Assembly (NCBI RefSeq): GCF_009914755.1
Contig: NC_060933.1
Length of the DNA: 64,000 bases
From: the human T2T-CHM13v2.0 reference genome, Homo sapiens
Strand: one strand, 5' to 3'
The position numbers were made by a program, and so were the translations under genes. The notes under the pieces were generated by a model. That model saw nothing but the letters and a program-made list of their open reading frames with translations. It searched no databases and had not been told where the DNA came from. Numbering within the stretch: position 1 is the stretch's first letter; every line of letters begins with the position of its first letter. Below, one piece after another: positions 1 to 15,619 of the stretch.

Positions 1-398
1 TTTATCAATAACACAGCTACCTACATATAACCTGCTATTGTCAATATTAAAACATGGCATGTTATTTTATTTTAAATTCCCAAATGAATTATGAAGTCAG
101 TACTGTAGAGCTCAACCTTCACTCTAAGGGAATTTGGTCTGTTAAATTGCCTCTGTTATTATAACATACATTATCTCATATTACTGGAAAATACTGATCT
201 TATGAATATTTTTCTCTTAATGGTATAGGGCATATGAGAACAAATCTATTCAAAATCTTGAAAGAATTTTAAACTTTAATGTGTTAGAAAGGACTTGCTT
301 TTAAAATCCTTTTACTTGTTAAATATTGAAATGCAATTATTAAATATATTATTTTAGCAAAGGCCTTTTTTATTTCAATTGGTTGAAGCATATCTTTT

Positions 399-694
399 GT
401 ATTTATTTATTTGAGACAGTCTTACTCTGTCACTCAGGCTAGAGTGGAGTGGCATGATCATAGCTCTCTACAGCCTGGAACTCCTGGGCTCAACTGATCC
501 TCCCACTTCAACCTCCCTGAATAGCTAGGATCACAGGTATGTGCCACCACACCCCGTGAATTTTACTGATTTTTAGTAGAGAACAGGTCTTTCTCTGTTG
601 CCCAGACTGGTCTTGAAGTCCTGAGCTCAAGCAATCCTTCTGCCTCAGCCTCCAAAAGTGCTGGGATTGCAGGTGTGAGCCATCATGCTCGGCT
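399..694 (-). mobile_element. Alu SINE, AluJ-like
   Basis: Antisense Alu dimer (TTGAGACAGTCTT...CAAAAGTGCTGGGATTGCAGG); TSD GCATATCTTTT at 388-398 and 696-706. Confidence 0.95.
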
Positions 695-723
695 GGCATA
701 TCTTTTTTTAGCTTAATTTAAAC

Positions 724-923
724 CAGAAGTGTCCAATCTTTTGACTCCCGGGGCCACAGTGGAAGAAGAAGAATTGTCCTGGGCCACACATAAAATACAC
801 TAGCACTAACGATAGCTGATAAGCTAAAATGATTGCAAAATAAAACTCAATGTTTTAAGAAAGTTTATGAATCTGTGCTGGACCACATTCAGAACTATCC
901 TGGGCCACAGGTCCAACAGCTTG
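724..923 (+). mobile_element. MER30 (hAT-Charlie non-autonomous DNA transposon)
   Basis: Matches recalled MER30 (GTGTCCAATCTTTTG...GGAAGAAGAAGAATTGTC.TGGGCCACACATAAAATACACTA); 8-bp TSD ATTTAAAC (716-723) / ATTTAGAC (924-931). Confidence 0.9.
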
Positions 924-1470
924 ATTTAGACCCTCTGTGACTACTTACCATCCAGAAAGAGCTGGCAATTACTAATGGGAAGATTGCTCATTGTTATGCA
1001 TAGCATTCCTTAGTGACATTCATTTTGAGAGTATCTCCTCTGCTGTAATCGGGTAGGTCTCTAAAAATACTCTTGCCCACCCAGTGAAAAATTGATTGCC
1101 TTTTCTTTAAGTAATAGACAAGAAATTACTATAGTCTTCCTTTTTTGAAAATAGAAGTCCCAAACTTTATTTCCGGTGGCTAATGCTTCAAGTTGGCCAC
1201 AATGAGATGAGACAAATGATAGGAGTCAGAAATTTGGGAATCAGCCGGAGAAGTACCAAGTTGTACACATAACAGAAAACTGGAACTTTTATATAGAAGA
1301 TTACCTGGGATTTCTGAACTTAAACCCTTGTATTGTCATCTTATTTGTGTAATGTCTCTGGTTAATACTTGATGCAGTCTTTACCCTTTATGTCACAGAA
1401 AGTTTTTTGCCAAAGTTCTAAACTTTTAGTGAAAAAAACACACATTATTAATATTAGACAATATATTATA

Positions 1471-1792
1471 TTTTTTGTTGAGACAGAGTCTTGCTCTGCC
1501 ACCCCGGCTGGAGTGCAGTGGTGCGATCTCAAGCTCACTGCAACCTCTGCCTCCCAAATTCAAGTGATTCTCCTGCCTCAGCCTCCTAAGTAGCTGGGAT
1601 TAAAGGCATGTGCCACCACACCCTGCTAATTTCTTTCTTTTTTTTTTTTTTTTTTTTTTTTTTTGTATTTTTAGTAGAGCCAGGGCTTCACCATGTTGGC
1701 CAGGCTGGTCTCAAACTCCTGACCTCAAATGATCCACCCACCTTGACCTCCCAAAGTCCTAGGATTACAGGCGTGAACCGCCATGCCCAGCC
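1471..1792 (-). mobile_element. Alu SINE, AluS-like, with expanded central T tract
   Basis: Full antisense Alu; middle linker expanded to a long poly-T run at about 1630-1664. Confidence 0.95.
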
Positions 1793-2159
1793 ATTAATTT
1801 TAAATCACGTAATAAATAAAAAATGTTTTTTACTAAATTACACTGAGTGTAGTAAAAACTCAATTGGGCGTGTTAAAAGGAAAGATTTAAGATTTGGAGA
1901 TTTACTTTCTTGTATAATATTTGGCAATAGCTACCAGGTAAGATGGCTGTTTTATAAACTGACCTGGAAAACATTTGTACTCTTCCTTCACGACACAGGA
2001 TTTTGCATGACTAAAACATGAAAGTCTACCTATTTATTTATACTTTTGCTGAAGTGAAATGAGTAGTCTTATTTTCAAAATACCCAAGATTCCAAATAAT
2101 AATAAACTTTTCACTTTTAGATAAATCCTTTAGAACATGGGATATTAATTTTTTTAAAA

Positions 2160-2480
2160 AATATAGTTCTGTATTTATTTTTTGACAAACCTCCATACTG
2201 TTTCCTTAATAGCTGCCCCATTGTACCTTCCCACTAAGAGTGTACAAACGTTTCCATTTCTCCACATCCTCACCAATATTTGTTATTATTTGTTCTTAAC
2301 AGTAGCCATTCTAACAGGTATGAGGCAATATCTCATCATGATTTTCTTTTCATTTCTCTGATTATTAATGATATCTGTTCTTTTTATATACCTGTAGGTA
2401 CTTTGTATGTCTTCTTTGGAGAAATGTCTACTCAAGTCCTTTGTCCATTTTTCAGTTATATTGTTTGGTTTTACTGCTAT
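2160..2480 (-). mobile_element. L1 (L1MA/MB-like) distal ORF2 segment, inverted part of a 5'-inverted L1
   Basis: Minus-strand translation KWTKDLSRHFSKEDIQ...MRYCLIPVRMA is L1 ORF2p C-terminal sequence. Confidence 0.85.
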
Positions 2481-2499
2481 AAGCATTCAGAAGTGGGAT

Positions 2500-3015
2500 C
2501 ACTTCTGAATATTTACCCAAAACAATTGAAATCAGTATCTCAGTGAAACATTTGTACTCATGTTCATCACAGCATGATCATAATAACCAACATGAAAAAA
2601 ACTTAAACACCTACCATCAGATGAGTGCAGAGTCAACATGTGGGATATAAACACAATGGAATACTATTTAGCTTTCAAAAAGAAGGAAATCTTGCCATAC
2701 TTGAAATATGGATAAACCTTCAAGATATGTTAGGTGAAATAAGCCAGTCACACAACTACAAATACTACATGATTATGCTAATATGGAGTATCTAAAACGG
2801 TCATACTCATGGAATCAGAAAATAGAATGGTAATTGCCAGGGACCTAAGGGAGGGAGAAATAAGGAGGTGCTGTTGAAGCGGCATAAAGTTACAGTTAGG
2901 CAAAATGAGTAAGTTCTAGAAGTATGTTGCACAACATTGGCTTATAATTAACAATAATATATTGTAGAAGTAACACTTTTAAGAGTTTAAATGTTATGTT
3001 GTGTTCTTACCAAAA
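2500..3015 (+). mobile_element. L1 3' end (L1MA9/L1MB-like)
   Basis: ACAATGGAATACTATT...GAAATAAGCCAGTCAC...AATAGAATGGTAATTGCCAGGG...GTGTTCTTACCA typical old L1 3' end. Confidence 0.85.
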
Positions 3016-3749
3016 GACAACTTCTTTTCTTTCATACATTACTATTTTTCAGGGCTTTTACTTAACTAATTTTAACAAAATATATTATGTATTGTATTTA
3101 AATGTTCAATTGGTATACACTGGCTGTTGGAAATCCTTTAATTGGCTAAGTTGTCTATTAAGTGAAGTTCCATAAATTGTGGAAAATTTCTTGCTTTTCT
3201 GCCTGAAACAGAAGAAGTGACCCTTTAAGGAGCTTTGGTCACATTGAGAGACAAGTATTACTGCAAAATTCAAATGTATACAGTATTGATGTATTTTAGA
3301 AAGCACATGGATCAAACGTTGCTCTAAAGCTACTTTTATGACCAATATTAGAAAAAAATAGACATTTGAATACCAGCAACTCACCTTAAATATTTCAATT
3401 TAGCTCAAGATAGCTTTATAATATGCTCTGCTTCTTTATTATGAACTCATTACCTAAACCATAATTTAATCCTTTGTTGTAGTTTCTGAACCATGTGATT
3501 AATACTTAAGAATAACATATTTTTCAAACAAATTCAAATGTCAATGTTGATATAAATTAAGAATGAATAAAAGTATTTAACTCCATATTATTTATGACTG
3601 TATTTTGAGTATATTTAATGTTTTCTAAATTGTAAATGATTTTTGAACATGTTGGTATTTTAATAGATGTCATTGATTTCTTGGGAATAGCTTTGTAGGT
3701 AGTATCTTAAAAACTCAATGTATAATTTCATTGGAATCTCAACTTAATT

Positions 3750-4128
<379 letters not shown>

Positions 4129-4536
4129 TTATAATACATGATGTATAAACAGGACAATTTTATTAATAGAATTACTGATAAGATTTACATTAAAAATATC
4201 CTAACGTGAAAATTTTTATTTATTTTTAAAAATTATTTTGTTACGTTTTCCTCTTATGTAACATATACTTATTATCTTTAATAAATTTTAAGTAAATACA
4301 TATATAGAGGTAAAAATACATTCATGGTTACATCAAATTTTTAAAATATATACTAAGCATAACCAAAATGTATTTTAAAAGATAAGATCAATTATATATA
4401 ATTTATTTTATAAATTCAGGCATTTGGAAATGCCAATATGGTTTACAATATAGTTAAGAACATATAGCTAGTTATAAGATAATGTAACTCATTATACAAT
4501 TTTCTTCTTTTCAAATTTTATAAACAGCTTTTATGA

Positions 4537-4828
4537 TTTTTTTTTCCACAGGCAGGCTCTCTCTGTCATCAAGGCTGGAGTGCAGTGGCCTGATCATAAT
4601 TCACTGCAGCCTTGAACTCCTGGGCTCAAGATATTCTCCCAACACAGCCTCCCACATAGCTGGGATTACGGGCACGTGCCACCACATCTGGCTCTTATTT
4701 TATTTTGTTGTAGAGACAAGAGTCTCACTATGTTGCCCACACTGGTCTTGAAGTCCTGGCCTCAAGCAATCCTCCCATCTCAGCCTCCCAAAGTGTTAGA
4801 TTACAGTTGTGAGCCACCACTCCTGGCC
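4537..4828 (-). mobile_element. Alu SINE, AluJ-like
   Basis: Antisense Alu with J-type CCTGGGCTCAAG; near-TSD TATAAACAG(C/T)TTT at 4519 and 4829. Confidence 0.93.
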
Positions 4829-5085
4829 TATAAACAGTTTTAGTTAGACTCCAAAATACGGTGCTTATCATTTCATAGTATAGTAATTTAAATGTTAAAA
4901 GTCATTTTTAAATTTGAAACCATAATTGTATTAATATTGCTATACCATTTTATTATTTATAATAATTTGATACATATTATTCATAAAAATTAGCTAAGAA
5001 CACTTAAAGTGTCTATATTATTTTATATCATCATTTTCATTTTATTAAAAATAAAGTTCAATGCCAATATTAAAACTACAACAGG

Positions 5086-5415
5086 CAGTCAGCCTTCTTC
5101 ATTTGTTGGTCTCACATCTATGGTTTCAACCAACGCTAGATCAAAACCTTTTGTAAAAATTTCCACAAAAGACAAAACATTAATTTTCTTTGTGTGGAGA
5201 ACTACATTGAATACATGTGAATTAAGTGCTGTGTAGGCATTTTATTAGGAATTATAAGCAATCTAGAGATGACTTAAGATATATAGAGGATGTACATAGG
5301 TTATATGTAAATACTATGCTATTTTACATGAGACACATGAGCATCCACAGATTTTGGTATGGTGAGATTAGGGAGGTTCTGGAATCAATTTCCAATGAAT
5401 ACTGAGGAAACACTG
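5086..5415 (-). mobile_element. MER2 (TcMar-Tigger non-autonomous DNA transposon)
   Basis: AATCTAGAGATGA.TTAA...AGGTTATATG.AAATACTA...GAGCATCCACAGATTTTGGTAT...ATACTGAGG..CACTG matches the reverse complement of recalled MER2. Confidence 0.8.
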
Positions 5416-5550
5416 TATTTTAATTTACACCCATATTTACATAGTCTCAAGAATATCGTACAAAATGTTAACTGTTAATATCTTATATGTAAAATAATTT
5501 GTAATTTGAACATTTAGGATCCACATTTTACAGGTTTAAAATATATCATG

Positions 5551-5965
5551 TGGTATGATTTGGATGTATGTCCCCACCCAAATCTCATATAGAATTGTAA
5601 TCCCCACTGTTGAAGGTGGGGCTTGATGAGAAGTGATTGGTTGGATCATAAGGAAGCTTCTCATGAATGGTTTAGCACCATCCCCCTTGGTACTGTCCTC
5701 CTGGCAGTGAGTTCTCCTGAAATGTGGTTATTTAAAGTGTAGCACCTCTCCCCTCTCCTCACCCCTGCTCCCCTCATGTGAGATGTCTCCCTCCCTCTTT
5801 GCTTTCCACCACCATAATTGGAAGCTCCCTGAGGCCTCCTCAGAAGTAGAAACTGCTATACTTCCTATACAGTCTGCAGAACCGTGAGCCAATTAAACCT
5901 CTTTTTTTTAAATAAATTACCAGTCTCCTTATTTCTTTATAGCAATTTCAGAACAGACTAATACA
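5551..5965 (+). mobile_element. MSTB-like solo LTR (ERVL-MaLR)
   Basis: TG...GTCCCCACCCAAATCTCAT...CCAATTAAACCTCTTT...GACTAATACA; perfect 5-bp TSD TCATG (5546-5550, 5966-5970). Confidence 0.92.
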
Positions 5966-6825
5966 TCATGACAGTATTATTACTATACTACATAGTTGAG
6001 CATACTAACATCTTATAATTTATTTCGATCTACCTGAAATGTTTGTGGTGTTTGAAAATACCAAAAAACATCTTTGAATTAGTTTTTAAATTAGTTTTTG
6101 ATTGTGTCTATTGTTTTCAGAAAGACACATAACTGAGAATAAGTCCATTGTATCACAAGCTTTGAAAGATGGGAATTTTGAAATAATTATCACAAATTTT
6201 TGAAAGCTTTATATATTTTGACTATGTAATTTTACTTCTAGAAATTTTACAGAACAAAATTAAGGAATTTTTAAAAATTATAAATGAATATTTTTATTAT
6301 ATACCACCTAAATATTAAAGTGTTGATTGAATATCTATAGGATGCATTCTTATAATAGGATTGTGAGTGTTTTTAGCAATCAAAGCTAGGTGGGTGTTAT
6401 GACCTAGAAGAATCTTAAATAGAGTTCAAATTATTTTTAATATTCATTAAAATATGGGATATGGCTCTAATTAGTATACACATTTAAGAAAATATATTCA
6501 CTGGAAGTACTTAACATAAGTAAGTTGATAAATTAGATGAGATAAAAATTAAAAACCTCTAAATATTGAAAAAGACATTTAGGGAAATTAAGAGGCATGC
6601 TAGAGGCTGAAAGAAAACATTTGCAATACATACATTTAGCAAAAGACTTGTTTCCAGACTACATGTGTGTGTGTTCATGTGCATATCTGTGTCTATAATT
6701 TCATATTTATGAAATTCTAGAATAGGAAAAATTAATCTATAGTGGATAGTGCCATAGTCTGATTGCTAGAGGGGATTTATGTCACAATGGCATAAAGAAA
6801 TATTTAGATATAAAGGAAAAAATAT

Positions 6826-7115
6826 TTCTTTATTGAGACAGGATCTCACTCTGTTCTCCTGCCTGGAGTGCAGCAGTATAGTCACAGCTTACTGCAGTCT
6901 AGAACTCTGGGGCTCAAGTGATTCTTCTGCCTCAGTTTTCTCAGTACCTGGGACTACATGCACAGGCCACCACACTCATCCAAAGTTTTTATTATTTTGT
7001 AGAGATGGGGTCATGCTATGTTGCCCAGGCTAGTCTCTAACTCCTGGGCTCAAGGGAAACTCCATCTAGGCCTCCCAAAGCAGTCAAATTGCAGGCATGA
7101 GACACCACGCCTACT
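6826..7115 (-). mobile_element. Alu SINE, AluJ-like (diverged)
   Basis: TGAGACAGGATCTCACTCTG...TTTTGTAGAGATGGGGTC...GCCTCCCAAAG. Confidence 0.9.
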
Positions 7116-7451
7116 CCCAAAAAAATCTTTCATAGTTTGATTGTGATGGTGATTATACCCATGAATTCATTTGTTACAACTCATAGAATTGAGCTATAAA
7201 AATAAGTGTACTTTATTGCAAGGAAACAAAACTGCCATATAATTATTTTTAAAAGGAAACTGAAAAGAAAATCCAAAAATTAGAAATATTTGCACAACAT
7301 GTAAACAATAAAAATTTGTAATCCAAATATACAAAACATTAGGAATCAGAAAGTGAAATGCAAACAATGCAATAGAAAATATGCAAAAGACAAAAAGCAA
7401 TATTTTACAGAGAAAATCATTGTAAGTATGAAAATAAGTGTTCAAACTCAC

Positions 7452-7765
<314 letters not shown>

Positions 7766-9049
7766 CTAAACCATTGTAAGTTACTTTTGCTTACTCATCA
7801 TCATGATAAAAAATAACCTGATGTTACCAGTTGTTGAAGATATGGCCAACCAAAAAGTTCCCATGTTGGAATGTAAACTGATACAACTACATTGGAAAAT
7901 AATTTGGAGTCACCTTAGGAAACTGAATATTCAAATATCCCATTAACCAAAAATGGCACACCTAGTTTTATTCATGGAATGAGTTCCTGTTCACATGTTC
8001 AGGATGGCATGTACATAAATATTCAGAGTAGCATTGATCTTAACAGCTTAACGTTTGAGAACATTCTATATGACCATTTCCAGAAGAAAATATACATTGT
8101 CATAATTCATAAAAGGAAATACAAAAACGTGTTTTAATATGGATAAATCCCTAAAAACAATTGAACCAAACAAGTGAGTCAGAGAACACAAGCATACATC
8201 TAGTGATATATTTTTTCAAATATAAAGAACTAAAAAATATATTTTTAGTAAAATTTCTACAGAGTAAATAATACAATATATAGCACAAATGTGAGAATAA
8301 TGATTAAGTCTGGCATGGGACAGACAAAAATAAAATTGTAGGGCACAAATGTAGTTCCAAAGATGTTGATAATTTCTTAATCTGGGTACTGAGTAACTTT
8401 TTAATGTATCGTTATTCATAAAATACTGTTCCTCATCTCTTCTATTTTACAATCAATATATTTCAAAATTAAGTGTTTAAAATGTAAAACAAAATTATAT
8501 GAGTCACAGAAATATTTACTTTGGTTCTCATTTATTAAAAAATGTAGTCATAAGAGCAATTATGGACTAATTATAAAAATAAGTACAGAATAGATTATAT
8601 GAATCATTTGACATTAGCTTTTCATCAAATTTAAATGACAGGAGTCTATTACGATTTTTTTTTCAAACAATGTTTAATGGCTTTTGTTCAATTTCTTCTA
8701 GATACATTTTTAGTAATATTATTCTTATAATTGTTTTGCTATTTTTCATCAGATTTAAATTGTATTGTTCAAGAGCTTTACATTATATTTGTATAATAAC
8801 ACTAAATATGAATAAAAGAGAACTGTACTATGAGGACATTACTACCCTAGGAAGGGATAGAATTAATTGTTACTGTATAGAGATGCTGGAAAGGTCATTT
8901 ATACTGAGCATTTTTATGTTTTGTTTAATTTGGTGGTCCTTTACACAATCTCATTATTAAAGAAATTCAGAAAATCGATACCCAAAAAATAAGATTTTCT
9001 GAATTATAAATAGCAATAATCATTAATATGCAAATGGTTGAAGTAAATT

Positions 9050-9192
9050 TCCTGTAATCCTAGCACTCTGGGATCCTTCCAAGGTGGGAGTATGACTTAA
9101 GCCTGGAAAGTTGAGGCTGCAGTGAGCCATGATTCCATCACTGCACTCCAGACTGAACGACAGAGCACAACCATGCCTCAAGAAAAAAAAAA
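9050..9192 (+). mobile_element. Alu monomer (FRAM / AluJ right arm)
   Basis: CCTGTAATCC...GAGGCTGCAGTGAGCCATGAT...CTGCACTCCAG...A tail. Confidence 0.85.
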
Positions 9193-9199
9193 GTCTCTT

Positions 9200-11600
9200 T
9201 CAACTTGAATTATAACAAAATCTACTCATATGATCTTTACAAGAATCACATCTAAGAGACAATAATCAGTTGAAAGTAGTCAGGCGAAAAATGTAAAATA
9301 TATGCACCTATAGTCAAGTCCCAAACTGTCACTACATTAATATTAGACTAGGTAAAGTTTATGATCAAAAGCATTATTTCTGATGATAAAGGGATATTAT
9401 AGGTAAATAATCTGTAATACAGTAAAAACATAGCAGCATTAAAATTCAAGCCAAATTATGCAATGGCTAAGTAATACAGTAAAAAAATTAAAAATAACAG
9501 AAAATTGTGTTTTAAGTATATATGTAGTTATTGTAATTCAACATACTTTTTCATAATTTGGCATATCAAGATGTGAAAAATTAGTACAGATGAATTTAAT
9601 AGAATCAGCAGCAAATATGAACATACCTACTCATATATATCTAGCTCTACTGTTGTATATAAACTCAGAAAATAGACATTTAAAAATTCTATTAACAGAG
9701 GAAATATTTCTTTCATAACCCAATGAAAGGTATACACAATATTTTCTGTATTCTTTGTTACATATTTTAAATAGAGATTTTCAGATCACTTTTTAATTTT
9801 AGGAAACCCACCTACAAGTCATCCATTTTTTAAAAAATTATAAATTTATTCTCACATGAAGCCCAATTAATTGAAAATTCAGGTCACAGGCATTATAAAA
9901 AAATTGATGTCTATTTCAGGGAAGAAATTAAATCAGATTTGCAAATCATCTAAGAAAATTATATAAATTACTTTCCAAAATACATGACAGTGAACTAAAA
10001 CTGATTTCAGGGAACAACCTGAAAATGTTAATATTATGTCAAAATATTCAGAAAGTCAAATGTAAGATGACTTGATTAAAAATTGATAAATATTCAAATG
10101 AATGATTGTCAAATGAGTCAACTCAATTACTGTTAGTAAAATTTATTATAAAAGTTTAATAAAATACATTAGGAAATAAAATTATCAGTATATTTGTCTT
10201 CAAACATACAGATATACGTTTCTTATTTATTTTAATAACATTATGCTTTAATAATTTCTAAGTAATACGAGTATATAGCTTACTAGTATAAATGATACTG
10301 GTTAATTCATTTCCAAAGAGAAATCTTGGTATTGTCTTCTCATTGAAGACTAGCCAACACCATTCTGCAAATGAAAAATAATCCTGGGGGAAAATTTGCT
10401 TTACCTCATTATAAAGTCACATTATACTATAATTGATCACTAGTAAAGCATAACAATCTCAAAAATAGTAAAAATATATATGAGAAGTTCATATGACAAA
10501 GTAGGATTTATTTCTGTTGGAAATGTGTAAGATAATAAATAATTTTTGCAGATTAAGAATAATTAACATATTTTTTAAAAACTAAGAAGATGAGAAAATA
10601 TATAAAAAAGACAAATTAAATCATGTATTCTACTCACATCGCAAAGTTATTAAATTTAGGAATCTGTAAACTAGATGTATATTTTTGGATTCTAATTTGT
10701 CTAGTTAGTAGCTGTGTGAGCCTGAAAAATGTGTTTATTTTTACATGCCTCGTTGTTCTCATCTGCAACATGCAGATAATTATAACAAATATCTATGAAT
10801 TTATATGAGAATTAGTTGAGTTAAATTTTAAAATAATGTCCAACACATAGAAGGTACCAGTATCACTATTAAAAAAATAAATAACCCCTGATTCAGAAGA
10901 TAACATAGGATGCAAAATAGAAAAAATATCATATTTGGTGAGTTAACGAATATACATATTTTAATTCTGAGGAAAAAATTTAAGCCGCATTTGTGAGAAA
11001 AATAGGTTTTATGAATCATGAATAGTTTTAATTCACTAGAAAAATGAATCAAGAATTTCAGTAGAAGAGGAAATAGAAATAGCTAATCTACGACAAAATA
11101 TGTATTTAGTAAAATTTAAGTCAATGATAGGGCAATATTTTCTCTCATCAGATAGGCAAAATACAAAATAAAAATAAATTCAATGCTAATAATACTGTGA
11201 GGAAACACAAACCCCTACTTTAATTGTAGAAGTGTGAAATTATTTATGGAACTTATAGAAATTAGCTTGCAATGTATTTTAATAATAATTTTATAATTTA
11301 GTATATTACTTAATCCAATACCTCAAATTTGAATCAGTCTTTTAAAGCCTGAAAATTCTAACATCTCTAAATTATAGCACTGTTTGTTGTGGGAGGATGA
11401 AAAACCTGACAACAATTTAAATGCTAATCAGGAAGTATAGTAGAATAAATTACATAATATGCATATTATGGAATATTACACATGAATTAAGAAAACAAAT
11501 AGTTTCATAGTTATTAGCATAAAAAGCTCAGGTGATAAATACATAAGTGATACAAGCTGTTGAGTATTGTATAAAATAGTAATACAAATATATAGGTCTG
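9200..11600 (+). mobile_element. Highly degenerate L1ME-type ORF2/3' fragments
   Basis: A-rich plus-strand sequence with scattered L1-like patches (e.g. 11060-11260); boundaries uncertain. Confidence 0.4.
10650..10870 (+). mobile_element. MIR SINE
   Basis: Core TAGCTGTGTGAGCCTG...TGCCTC.TTGTTCTCATCTG.AACATG..GATAAT. Confidence 0.7.
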
Positions 11601-12024
11601 TGTATTAGTATAAAAAATTATATAGAAGAATATGTATTATACTATTAATTCTGAAGTGGTAATATGGAGTAAGTCGATTGTTAATTATTCACATTGAGAC
11701 ATATTATATTGGTAATAACAATCAAAATATAAACTATCAATGTAAAAGGAAAAATTACCAACATTGAAGAATAACCTACTTTTTAGAAATAAGGACTTTC
11801 ATAATATGATGTATGAAAGAGTTCTTCTGGAAAGTCTCCTGCTAGAAGCCTTGTGTCTCCTGTCTTAATTTCCAGCCAATCATAGACATTGACTTTTTTG
11901 GATTTTTTGGCTAAACTATGTCTAGCCACAAACTTTACTTATAGATAGATAGTATACCCTTATGTATTGTACAGCTTCTTCATACATATATAATTTTTGC
12001 TCTTTATCTCTCCCTACATCCCCC

Positions 12025-12120
12025 TCTCTCTATATATATACACACACACAAACATACTATACATACATGATATACACATTTATATATATATATTACATAT
12101 ATACATATATATGTAATACA
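12025..12120. repeat. (CT)/(TA)/(CA) compound microsatellite
   Basis: Directly visible dinucleotide runs. Confidence 0.85.
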
Positions 12121-12469
12121 TAGATCTTTAGATGACCTCTAGATCAGAATAATCCTAAATTCAATGATTTCATTCAATGAGTACATTCCTGGGGCTTTTA
12201 AAGTACAAAACCTTGTCCTTCAACGCAGGAAGTCAGCAAGAAAAGCTAAGGCAGGCTTTCAGGACAGCAGTCAGCAAGAGAAGCTAACACAGGCTATCAA
12301 CTTGAATTTGTGAAAAGGCCTGCTTTCCCCACCTGTTCTGAGCCTTCTGAAACTCAGATGATAAAAGAGAATAACAAAGATATAGGAAGAAGGTAGCTGA
12401 AGAAATTCCAGCAAGACTGGAGTTATTTTGATTTTGAAGTAAAAGGGACTAATGTATTATATATTGGTG

Positions 12470-14038
<1,569 letters not shown>

Positions 14039-14218
14039 AGTGAACCATAGTAAAACATAATGCAAAATATAAAATCATTTTGTTGATGTTATTGAGGCTC
14101 AATCAATATTGTAACATGGGATTCAGAGCTTGGGACCTAGAGAAAACAGGGAATGAGCAAGTGACTTGGAATAGATATAGATTTGTAGATATTTGGTTTC
14201 AGGAATTATTGCATGAAT

Positions 14219-15235
14219 CCTACATTTTCCTTCCACACTGCCCTAGCAGAGGTTCTCCAAGAGGGCTCTGCCCCTGCAGCAAACGTCTGCCTGGACATCT
14301 AGGTGTTTTCATACATCCTCTGAAATCTAGGCAAAAGTTTGCAAACCTCAATTCTTGACTTCTGCATACTCACAGGCCAACACCGTGTGGAAGCTGACAA
14401 TGCTTGAGGATGGCACCCATGGAAGCCACAGCCTGAGCTGCACCTTGGTCCCTTTTAGCTGCAGCTGGAGTGGCTGGGAAACAGGGCACCAAGTCTCTAG
14501 ACTGCACAGAGCAGGGGGTTCCTGTGCCCATTCCACAAAATCATTTTTTCCTCCGAGACCTCTGGGCCTGTGATGACAGGAGCTACCATGAAGGTCTCTG
14601 ACATGCCCTGGAGAAATTTTCCCCATTGTCTTAGCAATTAATATTTGGCTCCTCATCACCTATACAAATTTCTGTAGCTGGCTTGAGTTTCTCCTCAGAA
14701 AATGGGTTTTTCTTTTCTATCATATCATCGGCTGAAAATTTTCTTAAATTTGATGTCCTGCTGTTCTTTTAAACATAACTTCCAAACCATGTGTTTGTGA
14801 ATACATAAAACTGAATGCTTTTAACAGCACCCAAGTTACTTATTGAATGTTTTGCTGCTTAGAAATTTCTTCCACCAGATAATCTAAATTATCTCACTCA
14901 AGTTCAAAATTCTACAAATCTCCAGGTCAAGGGCAAAATGCCGCCAGTCTCTTTGCTAAAGCATTACAAGGGTCACCTTTGCTCCAGTTCCAAACAAGTT
15001 CCTTATCTCCAACTGAGAACACCTCAACCTGGATTTCACTGTCCATATCACTATCAGCATTTTGGCCAAAACCATTTAACAAGTCTCTAAGAAGTTCCAC
15101 ACTTCTCCACATCTTCCTGTCTTCTTCTGGTCTCTCCAAACTGTTCTAACCTCTGCCTGTTACCCAGTTCCAAAGTTGCTTCCATATTTTCAGTTTTCTT
15201 AGCAGTAGCACCCCATTCTACCACTACCAATTTAC
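14219..15235 (-). mobile_element. THE1 internal region (MaLR), truncated
   Basis: CACTGCCCTAGCAGAGGTTCTCC...CTTTGCTCCAGTTCC...TACCAATTTAC abutting the LTR; recalled THE1-int. Confidence 0.9.
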
Positions 15236-15594
15236 TGTATTAGTACATTGTCATGCTGCTAATAAAGACATACCCAAGACTGACTAATTTATAAAGGAAA
15301 GAGGTTTAATGGACACACAGTTCCACATGGCTGGGGAAGTCTCACAATCATGACAGAAGGCAAAAGAAGAACAAAGTCATTTCTTACATGTCAGCAGGCA
15401 AGACGGCATGTGCAGGGAACTCTCCTTTATACAATCAGCAGAACTCATGAGACTTATTCTCTATCATAAGAACAGCATGGGAAAAATCTAACCTGATGAT
15501 TCAATTACCTCCCACTGGGTCCCTCCCATGACACATGCAGATTATTACAATTCAAGGTGAGATTTGGGTGGGGACACAGAACCAAACCACATCA
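15236..15594 (-). mobile_element. THE1B/C-like LTR (5' LTR of truncated element)
   Basis: TGTATTAG...GCTAATAAAGACATACCC.AGACTG...GAGATTTGGGTGGGGACACAG..CCAAACCA.ATCA. Confidence 0.92.
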
Positions 15595-15619
15595 TAGTTG
15601 TTTGAATTAATTATCTGAG

